Shown piece by piece: positions 49,538 through 60,689 of a stretch of 64,000 nt of DNA. Within the stretch, counting starts at the first letter, position 1; the number at the start of each line of letters is the position of its first letter. The stretch comes from Malacoraja senta. Its lineage: Eukaryota. The stretch spans positions 1,674,001-1,738,000 of the forward strand of contig CM075988.1 in assembly GCA_038087875.1 (NCBI GenBank), written 5' to 3'. The notes under the pieces are model-generated. The model did no database searches and was not told the DNA's origin. It worked only from the letters and a program-made list of their open reading frames with translations. The position numbers were made by a program, and so were the translations under genes.

Positions 49538-50210
49538 AGGTATTCTGGAAGGATTTGATTATGGGAAAGAGGGGCGTGGCGGCAATATCAGCCAAAGAAA
49601 CGATGAAGGTACTGCACCAGATGGTGTATTGGAGGTGCCAAAGCCCGGACAATTTGATTGGATTTAATAAATAACACAGAGCGTAATTTCGTGAGAACAG
49701 ACTGGAAGAACAACTTGGCCGGCAAGTTACAGCTGCAACTGGTGCACAGTTGAGAATTGAAAACTTCAATGATGTAGACATAGGCTGGGTTACATAGAAC
49801 AATGCAGCACAGGAACATCATTTATCAGTCTGAAGTACTGTACCAACCCTAAACATTGTCAGACCATTCCCTCCAGAGATGCTGCCTGACCTGCTGAGTT
49901 TTACCCAAATCCCACGCGCTTTATTAACTACTCCTCTGAAATGCTCTCAATCAATTCCAGGGGTTTATGCAAAATAAACCCTATCCCTCTGTTGCCACGT
50001 TCCCTTTGAATCTGCTCCATTTAATCTTTATTGTCACCCCATATTCTTCCTGGCTAGATGTCTCACTGCACACAGCTTGCTTTTAAATTTCATCTTCACT
50101 AACCTTACATTCTGCCAAATGTCAGTTTGTCACCATTGTCCTTGCTGTTTATCAGACTCGCAAACTTTGCACAATCTGCAGATTTGGCAATTTTATCCTG
50201 CGCACAGTGT

Positions 50211-50820
50211 CAATAGACAATAGGTGCAGGAGTAGGCCATTCGGCCCTTCGAACCAGCACCGCCATTCAATGTGATCATGGCTGATCGTCCCCAATCAGT
50301 ACCCCGTTCCTGCCTTCTCCCCATATGCCCTGACTCCGCTAGTTTTACGAGCCCTATCTAGCTCTCTCTTGAAAGCATCCAGAGAACCTGCCTCCACCGC
50401 CTTCTGAGGCAAAGAATTCCACACTCTCTGTGAGAAAAAGTGTTTCCTCGTCTCCGTTCTAAATGGCTTACTCCTTATTCTTGAACTGTGGCCCCTGGTT
50501 CTGGACTCCCCCAACATCGGGAACATGTTTCCTGCCTCTAGCGTGTCCAAACCCTTAACAATCTTATATGTTTCAATGAGATTCCCTCTCGTCCTTCTAA
50601 ACTACAGAGTGTACAAGCCAAGCGGCTCCATTCTCTCAGCATATGACAGTCCCGCCATCCCGGGAATTAACCTTGTAAACCTACGCTGCACTCCCTCAAT
50701 ACCAAATTAGGGGACCAAAACTGCACACAATACTCCAGGTGTGGTCTCACTAGGTACAACTGCAGAAGGACCTCTTTGCTCCTATATTCGACTCTTCTTG
50801 TTATAAAGGTCAACATGCCT
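50211..50820 (-). mobile_element. CR1 3' fragment
   Basis: ORF pieces 50296-50550 and 50667-50879; (CAATAGA) tail. Confidence 0.88.
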
Positions 50821-50847
50821 GAACCATGGACATCTTCAAACGACTCG

Positions 50848-51062
50848 GTGCTGGAGTAGCTCAGCGGGTCAGGTAGCATCTGTGGAGAACATGGACAGGT
50901 GATGTTTCACAGAGTGCTGGAGTAACTCAGTGGATCAGGCAGCATCTGTGGGGAACATGGACAGGTGATGTTTCACAGAGTGCTGGAGTAACTCAGTGGA
51001 TCAGGCAGCGTCCCTGGAGAACATGGACAGGTGACGTTTCGGGTTGGCACCCTTCCCCAGTC
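50848..51062 (-). repeat. Tandem triplication (~64-bp unit) of a Penelope-derived tail segment
   Basis: GTGCTGGAGTA(A/G)CTCAG...GAACATGGACAGGTGA repeated three times. Confidence 0.85.
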
Positions 51063-51476
51063 TGTTTCAACCTTTTCAAAGAGCTCTGTTGATCCCAGCA
51101 TTGCTTCCTGTGGAATGGCTTATCCATCATTGCACAGTCTGAAAAATACAGCTCCAGATACTACCCTCTGCCATCTGTTGGTCTGGTTATCAAATTCAAC
51201 CTGGATTACTGATCAAAATAAAATGCAGAGCCTCATTCAATTAATACGTTAGAATTTTTTTCTTGCTGTTTCTAACCTTAACTATATTATCCCGATCTGT
51301 GTCAGTTTGTTTTTCTCTTGATTAAATATATAGTGTTCTCTTCATTTTTTGTTTGTTGTCTTGAGGTTCTAGTCCTCATTGCACGCAAACCAGTGCTTTG
51401 ATTGCCGTCAAATGGGTTTTGTAAAGCAACAGTGACTGATTCATTGTTTCTCTCTCTCTTTCACATGCGCACGCAG

Positions 51477-51520
51477 GAATCTGATGAGCTTCAAGACATC
51501 GCACCTCCAACGCCAAGGGT
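51477..51520 (+). CDS. NFRKB: NFRKB exon L: ESDELQDIAPPTPRV
   Basis: Corresponds to ENEDSSDATTPVPRV; pyrimidine tract plus gcag|, donor GT|gtaagt; phase 0-2 bridges exons K and M. Confidence 0.88.
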
Positions 51521-51608
51521 GTAAGTACTCGTATATCGATCATGGGTTTAGGGGTCTGAAGGGATTCTGCAATGGGTCGACGTTTGCAATGTTATCGCAG
51601 TTGTGGAA

Positions 51609-52032
51609 CAATAGACAATAGGTGCAGGCGTAGGCTATTCAGCCCTTCGAGCCAGCACCGCCATTCAATGTGATCAATATCCCCTTATCCCCTGACTCCG
51701 CTATCTTTAAGAGCCCTATCTAGCTCTATCTTGAAAGTATCCAGAGAACTGGCCTCCACCGCCCTCTGAGGCAGAGAATTGCACAGATTCACAACTCCCC
51801 GTGTGAAAAAGTGTTTCCTCATCTCCGTTCTAAATGGCTTACTCCTTATTCTTAAATTTTGGCCCCTGGTTCCGGACTGCCCCCTGCCTCTAGCGTGTCC
51901 AAACCCTTAATAATCTTATCTGTTTCAATAAGATCTCCTCTCATCCTTCTAAATTCCAGAGTATACAAGCCCAGCCGCTCTATTCTCTCAGCATATGACA
52001 GTCCCGCCATCCCGGGAATTAACCTTGTGAAC
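51609..52032 (-). mobile_element. CR1 3' fragment with internal deletions
   Basis: Same subfamily as 50211-50820. Confidence 0.85.
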
Positions 52033-52379
52033 CAGAAGAATGTGCTGTCACATCAGAGCAATATTTGTCCTTTGTTTATCCTTGTACGATTTACAGTTTG
52101 AATTGCTGAGATACAGGAGATGAGTTTAATAGTCTTACTGTTCGCGTGATATGAAACCAGTTGGGCGAGATGATTTGATGTAATAACTGAAATATTGAGC
52201 CATGGTGAGCTGGTGGGCTGTGGACTGCAGTCAAACTCCATTAGTCCAGCACACTTAGACGTTGCTGTTGGGCTGACAGAATGTTCTCGCCTGTGGAATC
52301 TCATAGCAATTATTAGTAAAACACTCTTTTAATTCACTTGTTTTGAGAGGTTAAATGGTACAATTCTATGATGAATCGA

Positions 52380-52735
52380 GAGACCCCGGTAGGTTTCAGC
52401 ATGGTGGCGCAGCTGGTAGAACTGCTGCCTCAGTGGCAGAGACCCCGGTAGGTTTCAGCATGGTGGCGCAGCTGGTAGAACTGCTGCCTCAGTGGCAGAG
52501 ACCTCGGTTCCATTCTGACATCGGGTGCTGTCTGTGTGGAATTTGTGCGTTCCCCCTTTGACCATGTGGGTTTCCTCCGGGTGTCCCGGGTTTTCCTCCC
52601 ACATCCCAAAGACATGCCAGTCTGTAGGTTAATGGGCCTCTAAATTGCTCCTAGTATGTAGGGAATGGATGATAATGTGGAATACCATAGAACTAGTGTG
52701 AATGGGTGATCGGTAGTCGGTGTGTACTGAATGGG
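52380..52735 (+). mobile_element. SINE with a 59-bp tandem duplication of its head
   Basis: GAGACCCCGGTAGGTTTCAGCATGGTGGCGCAGCTGGTAGAACTGCTGCCTCAGTGGCA occurs twice. Confidence 0.8.
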
Positions 52736-53529
52736 CTATAAATGACACTAGATTGTGCACAAGGGAACAAGGTGGTTTTCATGGGAATTTGGGAAACAGC
52801 ACATGGTGAACCAGTGGCCATGATTAGTATTGTCCTGCAATTGCACTGTGGATGACCACAGTTTTACTGCAGTAGACCCACTTCCTCACACCCAAGGTAA
52901 TTGGATGAATATACAGGGCAGATTGTATCACCTGCATAATTGTTCAAAGCAGCCGGCCAGGCCTTCCTTCAGCTGGAGGTGGATTTTCAAAGCACCAGTG
53001 AGTCGAAAGTCGAGTGTTTTATTGTCTGATGTCCCAAACGGAACAATGAAATTCTTACTTGCAGCAGCACAACAGATATGTAAACATAGTACTCTGTAAA
53101 CAATACAATAAACAAAACGTTCAATATCCATACACATAAAACAAGCAAACAATAATAGTGTAAAAAGACAAAACCAATGCTCCCAAGTCTGTGCAGTTCA
53201 GAGCTTATTTGGAGGTGGTAGTGTTTAATAACCTGATGGCTGTAGGGAAGAAACTGTTCCTCAACCTGGATGTTCCAGTTTTCAGGCTCCAGCATCTTTT
53301 ACCCGATGAGTGTGTGGCCAGGGTGGTGTGGGAGGCAGCGACTCCTATAAATCCCTTCGATGGTGGGGTAGTCAGTACCCTGGAGGGACCGGGCAGTGTT
53401 CACAAGTTTTACCTGGGTATTGCCGTAATTGCGGGAGCAGATGGTGTAGAGGCTCGTTATGTCTTGGGGCTCTGATCTGGTGAGCAGGACAGTTTGGGTT
53501 AATGACTGGTGCTGTTTGTTTAACCATAG

Positions 53530-53590
53530 GCGGACAGACTACGTTGTGAGACCCAGCACTGGAGATGAAAAGCGGGTCTTTCAGGAACAG
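53530..53590 (+). CDS. NFRKB: NFRKB exon M: RTDYVVRPSTGDEKRVFQEQ
   Basis: Nearly identical to RTDYVVRPSTGEEKRVFQEQ; catag| and CAG|gtgagg; phase 2-0. Confidence 0.96.
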
Positions 53591-55353
53591 GTGAGGAAAC
53601 CTCTGTGCCCTGGCCTGAGTGATGCCTCATTATTCTACAATCCCATCTTTCCATAGTCTCAGAAACAAGACCGTCAAAATGAATGTATGTCCAGGCTCAT
53701 GCTTTGTATCCTCTCTGGTTGTGAATCCCTGGGTCCTATATGCTGTACTACCTACTGGGGTAACATGCTACTTTCAGGGATTTATGTGCATGTACACTGG
53801 CCCTCGGCCTTGCTGCAAACCCTTCAGAACTGCCTTCAGTCTGCCCATTCTGACAGCCTCGACTTTACATTTCCACCTATTCTCACTGTTTATTACACTG
53901 CCAAGCTTTGTGGAAATCTCTACATTTTACCCTGCAACTTTTGGAAATAATCCCAGCATTATGTGGCTAGGTTTACAATGTATTTAGACAGAGACAAAAA
54001 GGCAAAGCATAGACGGATACAGTCCTAATGTTGGAAAAGTAAACTTGCAACAAAGGTCAGGATGGATGAGATGGGCCAAAGGGCCAGTTTCTGTGCTGGA
54101 TGGCTCTGACCCTATACTCCCCAGAATCACCACGTTCTGTTATTGACCATTTATCACAGTACTCTGCTTTCTGTCTTTAAGCTAATTTATCATCAATGCT
54201 GCCATTGCCCTTTTAATTCCAATGACCTCCATGTAGCCTCAACCCATTTAGAAAAGGATTGTATGTAATATTTGCCATATTTCAGTTCTCTAGTGTCTCC
54301 CCTGCATCGTAACAAGATTCTAAGCATGACACATTCTCTTGTAACCACCCTCAGCTGCCTGCATGTATCCCACCAGGATCAACCTTTCTGCCACTTCCTC
54401 CCTCCCAGTGTGAGCTACAGCTCCACTGAGATTAACATGGAACAGTACAGCATAAGAACAGGCCCTTCAGCCCATAATGTCCATGCCGAACATGATGCCA
54501 TGTTAAACTAATCTCTTCTGTTTACCCGTGATCCATATCCCTCTGTTCCCTGCATATCCATGTGCTCCTCTTAAATGCCTTATTGTTTCTGCCTCTTCTG
54601 CTTGTTACTGCACAACTGCCAACAGCTGAGCTATCTCGTGCAGGTTACGCTCGCATGGGCACTGGCTGCAAAAGGGTTAGTTAGATGTTTATGTGGGCAA
54701 GTTTGGTGGGATGATGCATGTCCAAGTTGTCGAGCTGTGACTTGAAGAGTGACAAGGTTGGTGCACATCTGGTGGTGTCAGGAAGGATGTTCCACTCTGG
54801 GATAGTCCATGGATATAGTGACTGTAGATAGTTATTTTTGATTGCACTAATTCTAGTATAAATAAAGTGACCTGACGACTGTCTTGTAGATTTCTGGGCA
54901 TTGGGTATTGCCTCAACTACCACCCCACGCAGTATGTTCCAGGCACCCGCCAAACTCCATTGCATCTAATTTAAACTGCCCCTTTTACCTTGAAGATATA
55001 CCCAAGCTATGATTGAATTCTATTTGCTCATTTAGGAGTAATGTGAATTGTCTGCATTGTCAATAACGTCTGCGCCCATAAACAAAACGTGTAATTTCAA
55101 AAGTAGTTTGGACAGATATATGGATATATGGATAGATGGGTTGAGAGGGACATGGGCCAATGAGACTCACCCAGAATGCCAACTTGCTCAGCATGGATGA
55201 GTTGGGCAGCAGAGCCCATTTCAATACTACAGCTCCATGACTCCGATACGTCTGGTCATTGCAGCAGAGAACCAACATCCCTTTGTTTCCTCTGTCTTGT
55301 GAACGCAGCGTGGGGATCTGGAGCTTCATTCAGTCTGTGTCTTTTCTCCACAG

Positions 55354-55528
55354 GAGCGCCAGCGATACAGCCAGCCCCACAAGGCCTTCACCTTCCGCAT
55401 GCACGGTTTTGACTCTGTTGTAGGCCCGGTGAAAGGAGTGTTTGACAAGGATCCTTCGCTCAACAAGGCACGGGAGCACTCTCTGCTGCGGTCTGACCGG
55501 CCAGCCTACGTCACCATTCTGTCCTTGG
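55354..55528 (+). CDS. NFRKB: NFRKB exon N: ERQRYSQPHKAFTFRMHGFDSVVGPVKGVFDK...SDRPAYVTILSL
   Basis: Nearly identical to the conserved NFRKB segment; cacag| and G|gtgaga; phase 0-1. Confidence 0.97.
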
Positions 55529-56456
55529 GTGAGACTCTGACACTAGATTTCAAAACTGGAGACAAGGGAGGTCAGTTAGATTAATGTAAAATTGTGTGAA
55601 TAATCATCTTGCTATAGCTATTCAAAATGAATTTTGCCCAAGTAGAAATAAAAGTGAATGGAGGGAAACTTTAAAACAATTGACAGAGTGAAAGGACTAA
55701 GCTGAGGATAGTTAGCATGGGAATAAGCCATTTTGACAACAGTCTGACTGGGCTTGTTTTTTGATTCAGAGACCTCTATGTGGCAGGGAGTGGGTGAAGG
55801 GACAGGAGAATGTCCTTGGACCAAGCTGTATCTGGGGCTGTGGGTCACTGTTCGTGACATAGCTGGGGGTGAGGGGATTTCAACACATCTGAAAGAAAAT
55901 TGATTGCTGCATGGTGGCCTTGATCACAAGTTATAGGAGTAGAATAGTAAGATTAAACGAGAACTTACCTAAGTTTGAAGTTTGATCTTTATTTTATGAG
56001 GAGTTACGTAGGTGATTACGTGAAGAACCCCGCCAGTGCGCCTGCGCGTCAATCTTCAAAGCAGCGGTGTGAAATCACAAAAAACAACAACCGAAGTAAT
56101 ATAGTCTCATAATAAAACGAGTAATACAAGAACTTCCATCTGACCTTTATGATAGAGGGTAGGGTCGTGGTGGGCACGTAATCACCTACGTAACTCCTCA
56201 TAAAATAAAGATCAAACTTCAAACTTAGGTAAGTTCTCGTTTAATCTTACTATTTTACTTCGGAGTCACGTGAGTGACTACGTGAAGATTTTAAAGCTTT
56301 GTGATTTCATGCCGTAGATCAATCCCGGCTTCTCACTGCATAGATTGACTTGGAACGAGAATAATCAATCATGCATTCATAATAACATTTGTACCACAAA
56401 TGCAGTAATTCATTTTAATAATGAAATTAATCAGATCCCCTTTAAACCAGAGGAAT

Positions 56457-57437
56457 TTACAGAGAACTTAAAATAGTTTCTGCAAACAATCCCGCATTAA
56501 CAGTAGGCCGATGGTAAAAATGTTGAAACATCAACACATTAGACCACCCGGCGGCTGCGAGGATATGGTCGACGGGGACGTCTTTCGCCCTGGCCGCCGA
56601 CGTTGCTGCTGCTCTAGTCGAGTGAGACGTAAAAACATCAGTGTTAATACCAGCAGCTGTTAAGACGTCTTTTATCCATCTGGAAATAGTCTGTACCGAA
56701 ACTCTCTTGTGTGGTTTCTTGTGTGTGATCAACAACCCAGTTTCCGTATTTCTCAAATTCTTTGTGACCTCAATGTATTGTAACAAATATGTCTTAACAC
56801 AGAGACAAGGATCATTTGGATATGCTGCTAGCACAATTTTAAATCCTGTCACACCTGGCCTACTTTGCTTTAGTAGGTCATAGATATAGAATGTAACTTT
56901 GTCTTCAGTTACTTCCATCATGTCTATTTGTAATTTTCCAAGTGTTTGCACTCGTTGTGCTGTCACTAATGCCATAAGCATGACTACTTTCATACTGAGC
57001 TTGGGCAAAGGTAAATACACACTTGGTGACCATTCACGAAGTAGTTTCAGTACCACACTTACATCCCAGATTGTCATGTACCTAGGTTTCGGAGGTTTGG
57101 AATTAAAGATTCCTTTCATCAGTCTGGAAACAAGTGGGTGTGACCCAATTGGATTTCTCTCTGAATCCAGACCCAAATATGAGGACAATACACTTCTGGC
57201 TGAATTAATTGCACTACAACTCAAACCTTCATCATAATAAAGTTTTGACAGAAATTCTAAAACATTTGAAATATCTGCAGTACTACATTCCACATTCTTT
57301 TGTACACAGAACTCTTCCCATTTCTTAATATAAGAAAGGTACTGTTTTTGAGTGCTCTTCCTCCAGGCTGCCGTAAGCATGTCCACAGTACGCTCAGACA
57401 GTCCTCGCCCCAGAAAAGGCCTTCTTAAAACCTGCAA
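56457..57437 (-). CDS. DIRS tyrosine recombinase (open ORF, 326 aa)
   Basis: N-terminal AWRKSTQKQY...INSARS region; catalytic R (TAQR), HSTR, GWS and FQHFY. Confidence 0.93.
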   Translation of the reverse strand: MQVLRRPFLGRGLSERTVDMLTAAWRKSTQKQYLSYIKKWEEFCVQKNVECSTADISNVLEFLSKLYYDEGLSCSAINSARSVLSSYLGLDSERNPIGSHPLVSRLMKGIFNSKPPKPRYMTIWDVSVVLKLLREWSPSVYLPLPKLSMKVVMLMALVTAQRVQTLGKLQIDMMEVTEDKVTFYIYDLLKQSRPGVTGFKIVLAAYPNDPCLCVKTYLLQYIEVTKNLRNTETGLLITHKKPHKRVSVQTISRWIKDVLTAAGINTDVFTSHSTRAAATSAARAKDVPVDHILAAAGWSNVLMFQHFYHRPTVNAGLFAETILSSL

Positions 57438-57730
57438 ATCAACAAATCCAAACGATCATATAATGGATGTTGTTCCCCTGTTACAGGGTGCAGCAATAGA
57501 TTGCTTCTTTTTGGGACTTTCATCAACTTTTGTGATGTTAATTCTAATATCAACGGATACCATGGCTGTGTAGGCCAATCTGGTACTACTAATACCCCTG
57601 AAGCAGCATCTTGCCTGATTTTAAGCAAACATTGGCTTATGAGGCAGAAAGGTGGAAATATATATGAAAACATCCCACCCCAATGTAGCGAGAAAGCTTC
57701 AATCGCCACTGCTCCTGGATCTGGTTCCCA
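57425..57730 (-). pseudogene. DIRS Dam-like methyltransferase domain C-terminal part, separated from pol by an in-frame TGA
   Basis: IDLFASRLNHQLSRYV*WEPDPGAVAIEAF...YIFPPF...VVPDWPTQPWY in the same frame as the pol ORF. Confidence 0.85.
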
Positions 57731-59659
57731 TCACACATATCTCGATAGCTGATGATTCAGTCTAGATGCGAACAAGTCGATGTCTGGCATTCCAAATCTG
57801 ATTACTATTTCATTGAATACCTCTCGATTCAACATCCATTCTTTATTATCATGGAACTTTCGTGACCTGGTGTCTGCCATCGTATTCATTCTACCTGGTA
57901 GATGGATAGCTGAAATCCAAATGTTCTTTTCAATACACCAAGACCAAATTTGATTAGCCATTTTGTCACATGACACCGACTTGATTCCACCCATATGATT
58001 AATATAGGCAACTGCTGTTGTGTTATCAATTTGCACTTGAACATGCTTATTAGTTGTGTTAGAACAGTAAGCTTGGAGTCCACAGAAACATCCTAAAAGC
58101 TCCAAATAGTTAATTCCCCATGTCTGCTGTAACAATGACTCTTCCTGATTCCATCTGCCTCCGCAGCTAGATGCTAAGTCAATTGCACCCCATCCTAGTG
58201 CACTGGCATCAGTTTGTAATATCATGGAAGGTTGTTCAATCAGCACTTTGCTGGAACTGCTTGAGACATGTAGAATCCACCACTGCAGATCAGAAACAGC
58301 ATTTGTTGTCAGTTGCATGGTTCTATCAAAATGACCAGCATGCATTTTCAGTGCCTGTTCTTTAACTCTCTGCAGCTGTTGATAATGTAATGGTCCGTAT
58401 TGGACTGCTGGGAATGCTGCTACTAATTTTCCCAGTACTCGTGCCACCTGTCTGATTGAGGGTTTTTGCTCGTTTAACAGATTACTGCAATCTTTAATCA
58501 ACTCCACCCTTTTTTCCCTGGGCAAAGTAATTTTCATTTGGACTGAATCAATTGTGAACCCCAAATAATCAATTGAGGTACATGGTGTTAACCTTGATTT
58601 CTTTGGATGAATTAGAAACCCCAAACTTTCAAAAGTTGATTTCACAACTGCAACAGATGCTTCTGTTGACTGTTTTGTCTTTCCTATAATCAAGACATCA
58701 TCCAAGTATGCCATTAGTACATGCCCCTGGCTTCTCAGCAACCCCAGAATTGGTTTTAACAATTTTGTGAATATTCTGGGAGCGGACGTTAACCCATTAG
58801 GCAGGGCTTTGAACTGCCATAACTGGTTCATCCATTTAAATTTAAGATACTTCCTATCTTCTGAGTGAACAGACACTGAATAATATGCATCTTTTAAATC
58901 TATAGTTGCCATATAACATGCTTCTGAAATAAGTTGTTTGGCAGTCACAAATGTCTCCATTTTAAAATGTCTAAATTGAACAAAAGGATTCAGACTTATC
59001 AAGTCTAGAATAATCCTACATCCTCCATCCTTTTTTGATCGAGGGAATACATTTGACACAAATTGGTGAATTTGGTAGACTGATTCTTCAATAACACCTT
59101 TTATATATGGGGTTTCAAGTGCAGCTTGAACCTCCATCACTTCTTTTTGTGCAAAGTGGAGAGTTCTGCTAGGAACATGCTGGACAGACAAATCATGATT
59201 TGGATTGAATTCAATTCGAAATCCTTGTATACTATTCAGAATTACCACATCTGAAGTAATCTTCCAATTATTATAGAAGAGATGTAATCTGCCTCCAACT
59301 TTTGGACTTAATCCGGTTAGTATGTTCCCATGAGAACCAGGTCCACCTACCTCTTGAGTCATTTGAGTACCCTGAGATCCCTGGGTTCTCCCGGAAGCAC
59401 CCCCACTGGTTCTTGCTCCCGCTGCAGGCCGCCAACTACGTCCCCGCGTTGATGAGCGACTTGGTCCTGGTCCAGGATCCGTATGACATCTGAAAGGATA
59501 CTTCCTCTTTACAGACTTTACAACCATTGATGTTTTCATCAATCCTGTTTTCGCTTCATCTTCCAACTCTTTAATACGTCTCCCGAGATCCTCTCCAAAG
59601 AGTAAGTTGGGTAATTGTATATTACTTGGTTTGCAGAATGCTGCGAATTTCGGATTCAT
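57731..59659 (-). CDS. DIRS pol: reverse transcriptase plus RNase H, preceded in frame by a gag-like C-terminus
   Basis: GGRL, KKDGGCRIILDL, IDLKDAY, LPNGLTSAPRIFTK, YLDD; RNase H TDAS..GWG, INYLEL, DNTTAVAYINHMGG. Confidence 0.93.
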   Translation of the reverse strand: MNPKFAAFCKPSNIQLPNLLFGEDLGRRIKELEDEAKTGLMKTSMVVKSVKRKYPFRCHTDPGPGPSRSSTRGRSWRPAAGARTSGGASGRTQGSQGTQMTQEVGGPGSHGNILTGLSPKVGGRLHLFYNNWKITSDVVILNSIQGFRIEFNPNHDLSVQHVPSRTLHFAQKEVMEVQAALETPYIKGVIEESVYQIHQFVSNVFPRSKKDGGCRIILDLISLNPFVQFRHFKMETFVTAKQLISEACYMATIDLKDAYYSVSVHSEDRKYLKFKWMNQLWQFKALPNGLTSAPRIFTKLLKPILGLLRSQGHVLMAYLDDVLIIGKTKQSTEASVAVVKSTFESLGFLIHPKKSRLTPCTSIDYLGFTIDSVQMKITLPREKRVELIKDCSNLLNEQKPSIRQVARVLGKLVAAFPAVQYGPLHYQQLQRVKEQALKMHAGHFDRTMQLTTNAVSDLQWWILHVSSSSSKVLIEQPSMILQTDASALGWGAIDLASSCGGRWNQEESLLQQTWGINYLELLGCFCGLQAYCSNTTNKHVQVQIDNTTAVAYINHMGGIKSVSCDKMANQIWSWCIEKNIWISAIHLPGRMNTMADTRSRKFHDNKEWMLNREVFNEIVIRFGMPDIDLFASRLNHQLSRYV

Positions 59660-60477
59660 GGTAGACCGAAGTGGGTGCTACATAGCAACCCCAGTGCTTC
59701 CTGATGCAACTCCGTCATCTCTTGGCTTTTATCCGCTATTCTGGCAAAAGCAGTTATTCCAGAACCCAGCAGCTTTAATATTCTTTGCAATTTCAATTCT
59801 TGAGTTCTCATAGTCATACTCAACTGATTCCAGATGATTTGATTCACTGCTGGTGCTTTCAGCAACACACAGTTACTTGGGGTCTCATGCTTTCTTGCAG
59901 TCTCATCCATCTCCTGCTGTTCCAGCTGATGGGAAACCAAGTAATTTATTAAGGAGGCCAGTTCTTCTCCTAATGGCTCTCCTGACCCTGACGGGGCAGC
60001 GAATCATACTGCCAGTGGTGGAATATCTGCTAGCTGCCATTCTTCACCTTGTATAGCCTCATAGTCAGAGTCGGGGTCTGAACTCTCATGACCCATGGCA
60101 CGCTCCTCATCCCTGAGGGTGCATTCCATCAGCCCTGTACCAGGAGCTGTTGAGCTGCTTCCAGCAGCTTGTATTTCAGTACACTACTCCCTTAGTGTAC
60201 TTTGCTCCAACAGCCTATGTAAAAGGCTTTCCATTTGGGCAATATGCTCAAATGCAGTATCTAGCCCTGGAGCTACTTCCATTGCCTGGGACTCCTCCTC
60301 CGTGGGCCGTCTGGATTTAAACTTCGCATTTCGCCCGACAGGCGCTGACTGTGTTTTAATCAGCCCCAGGTCCACAGTCGCTACGCTCACCGCTGGAGGT
60401 GGTTGGTCTGTAACCGCAGACTCCCGACTGTCTGTCGGTTGAGTCGCTCGCCTCTTCCCCCTGCCCGTTTTTTCCAT
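59656..60477 (-). pseudogene. DIRS gag-like ORF1, disrupted
   Basis: Fragments 60184-60477 (ATG in GCCATGG context) and 59656-59940 upstream of pol. Confidence 0.6.
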
Positions 60478-60689
60478 GGCGTCTGTGGAAAAAATCCCCA
60501 CAGACCCACAGGAAACGGACCTGGAAATACTTAAAAAAGTTTCTACTTACCTTGTAGTTGAAAAACTACAAATCCAGGAGAGGAGCTCTGCTCCTCACGT
60601 CCATTTGCGTCAAGGCGTCTGACGTAATGACACGCAGGCGCACTGGCGGGGTTCTTCACGTAGTCACTCACGTGACTCCGAAGTAAAAT

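Larger units (their letters stand above)
55943..60689 (-). mobile_element. Structurally complete DIRS1-like tyrosine-recombinase retrotransposon
   Basis: ITRs at 56000-56053 and 60626-60679, internal complementary region at 56175-56288, gag remnants, RT/RNase H/MT and YR; AAT at both borders. Confidence 0.95.

Noticed and set aside
54590..54900. ORF with YLQSLYPWTIPEWNILP as a host exon
   Set aside because: Resembles the generic C-terminus of a non-LTR RT ORF (old LINE 3' fragment); too short to classify.
56457..57437. Phage integrase, prophage or bacterial contamination
   Set aside because: The recombinase lies with RT/RNase H inside DIRS ITR/ICR termini and is integrated cleanly in a CR1 tail.
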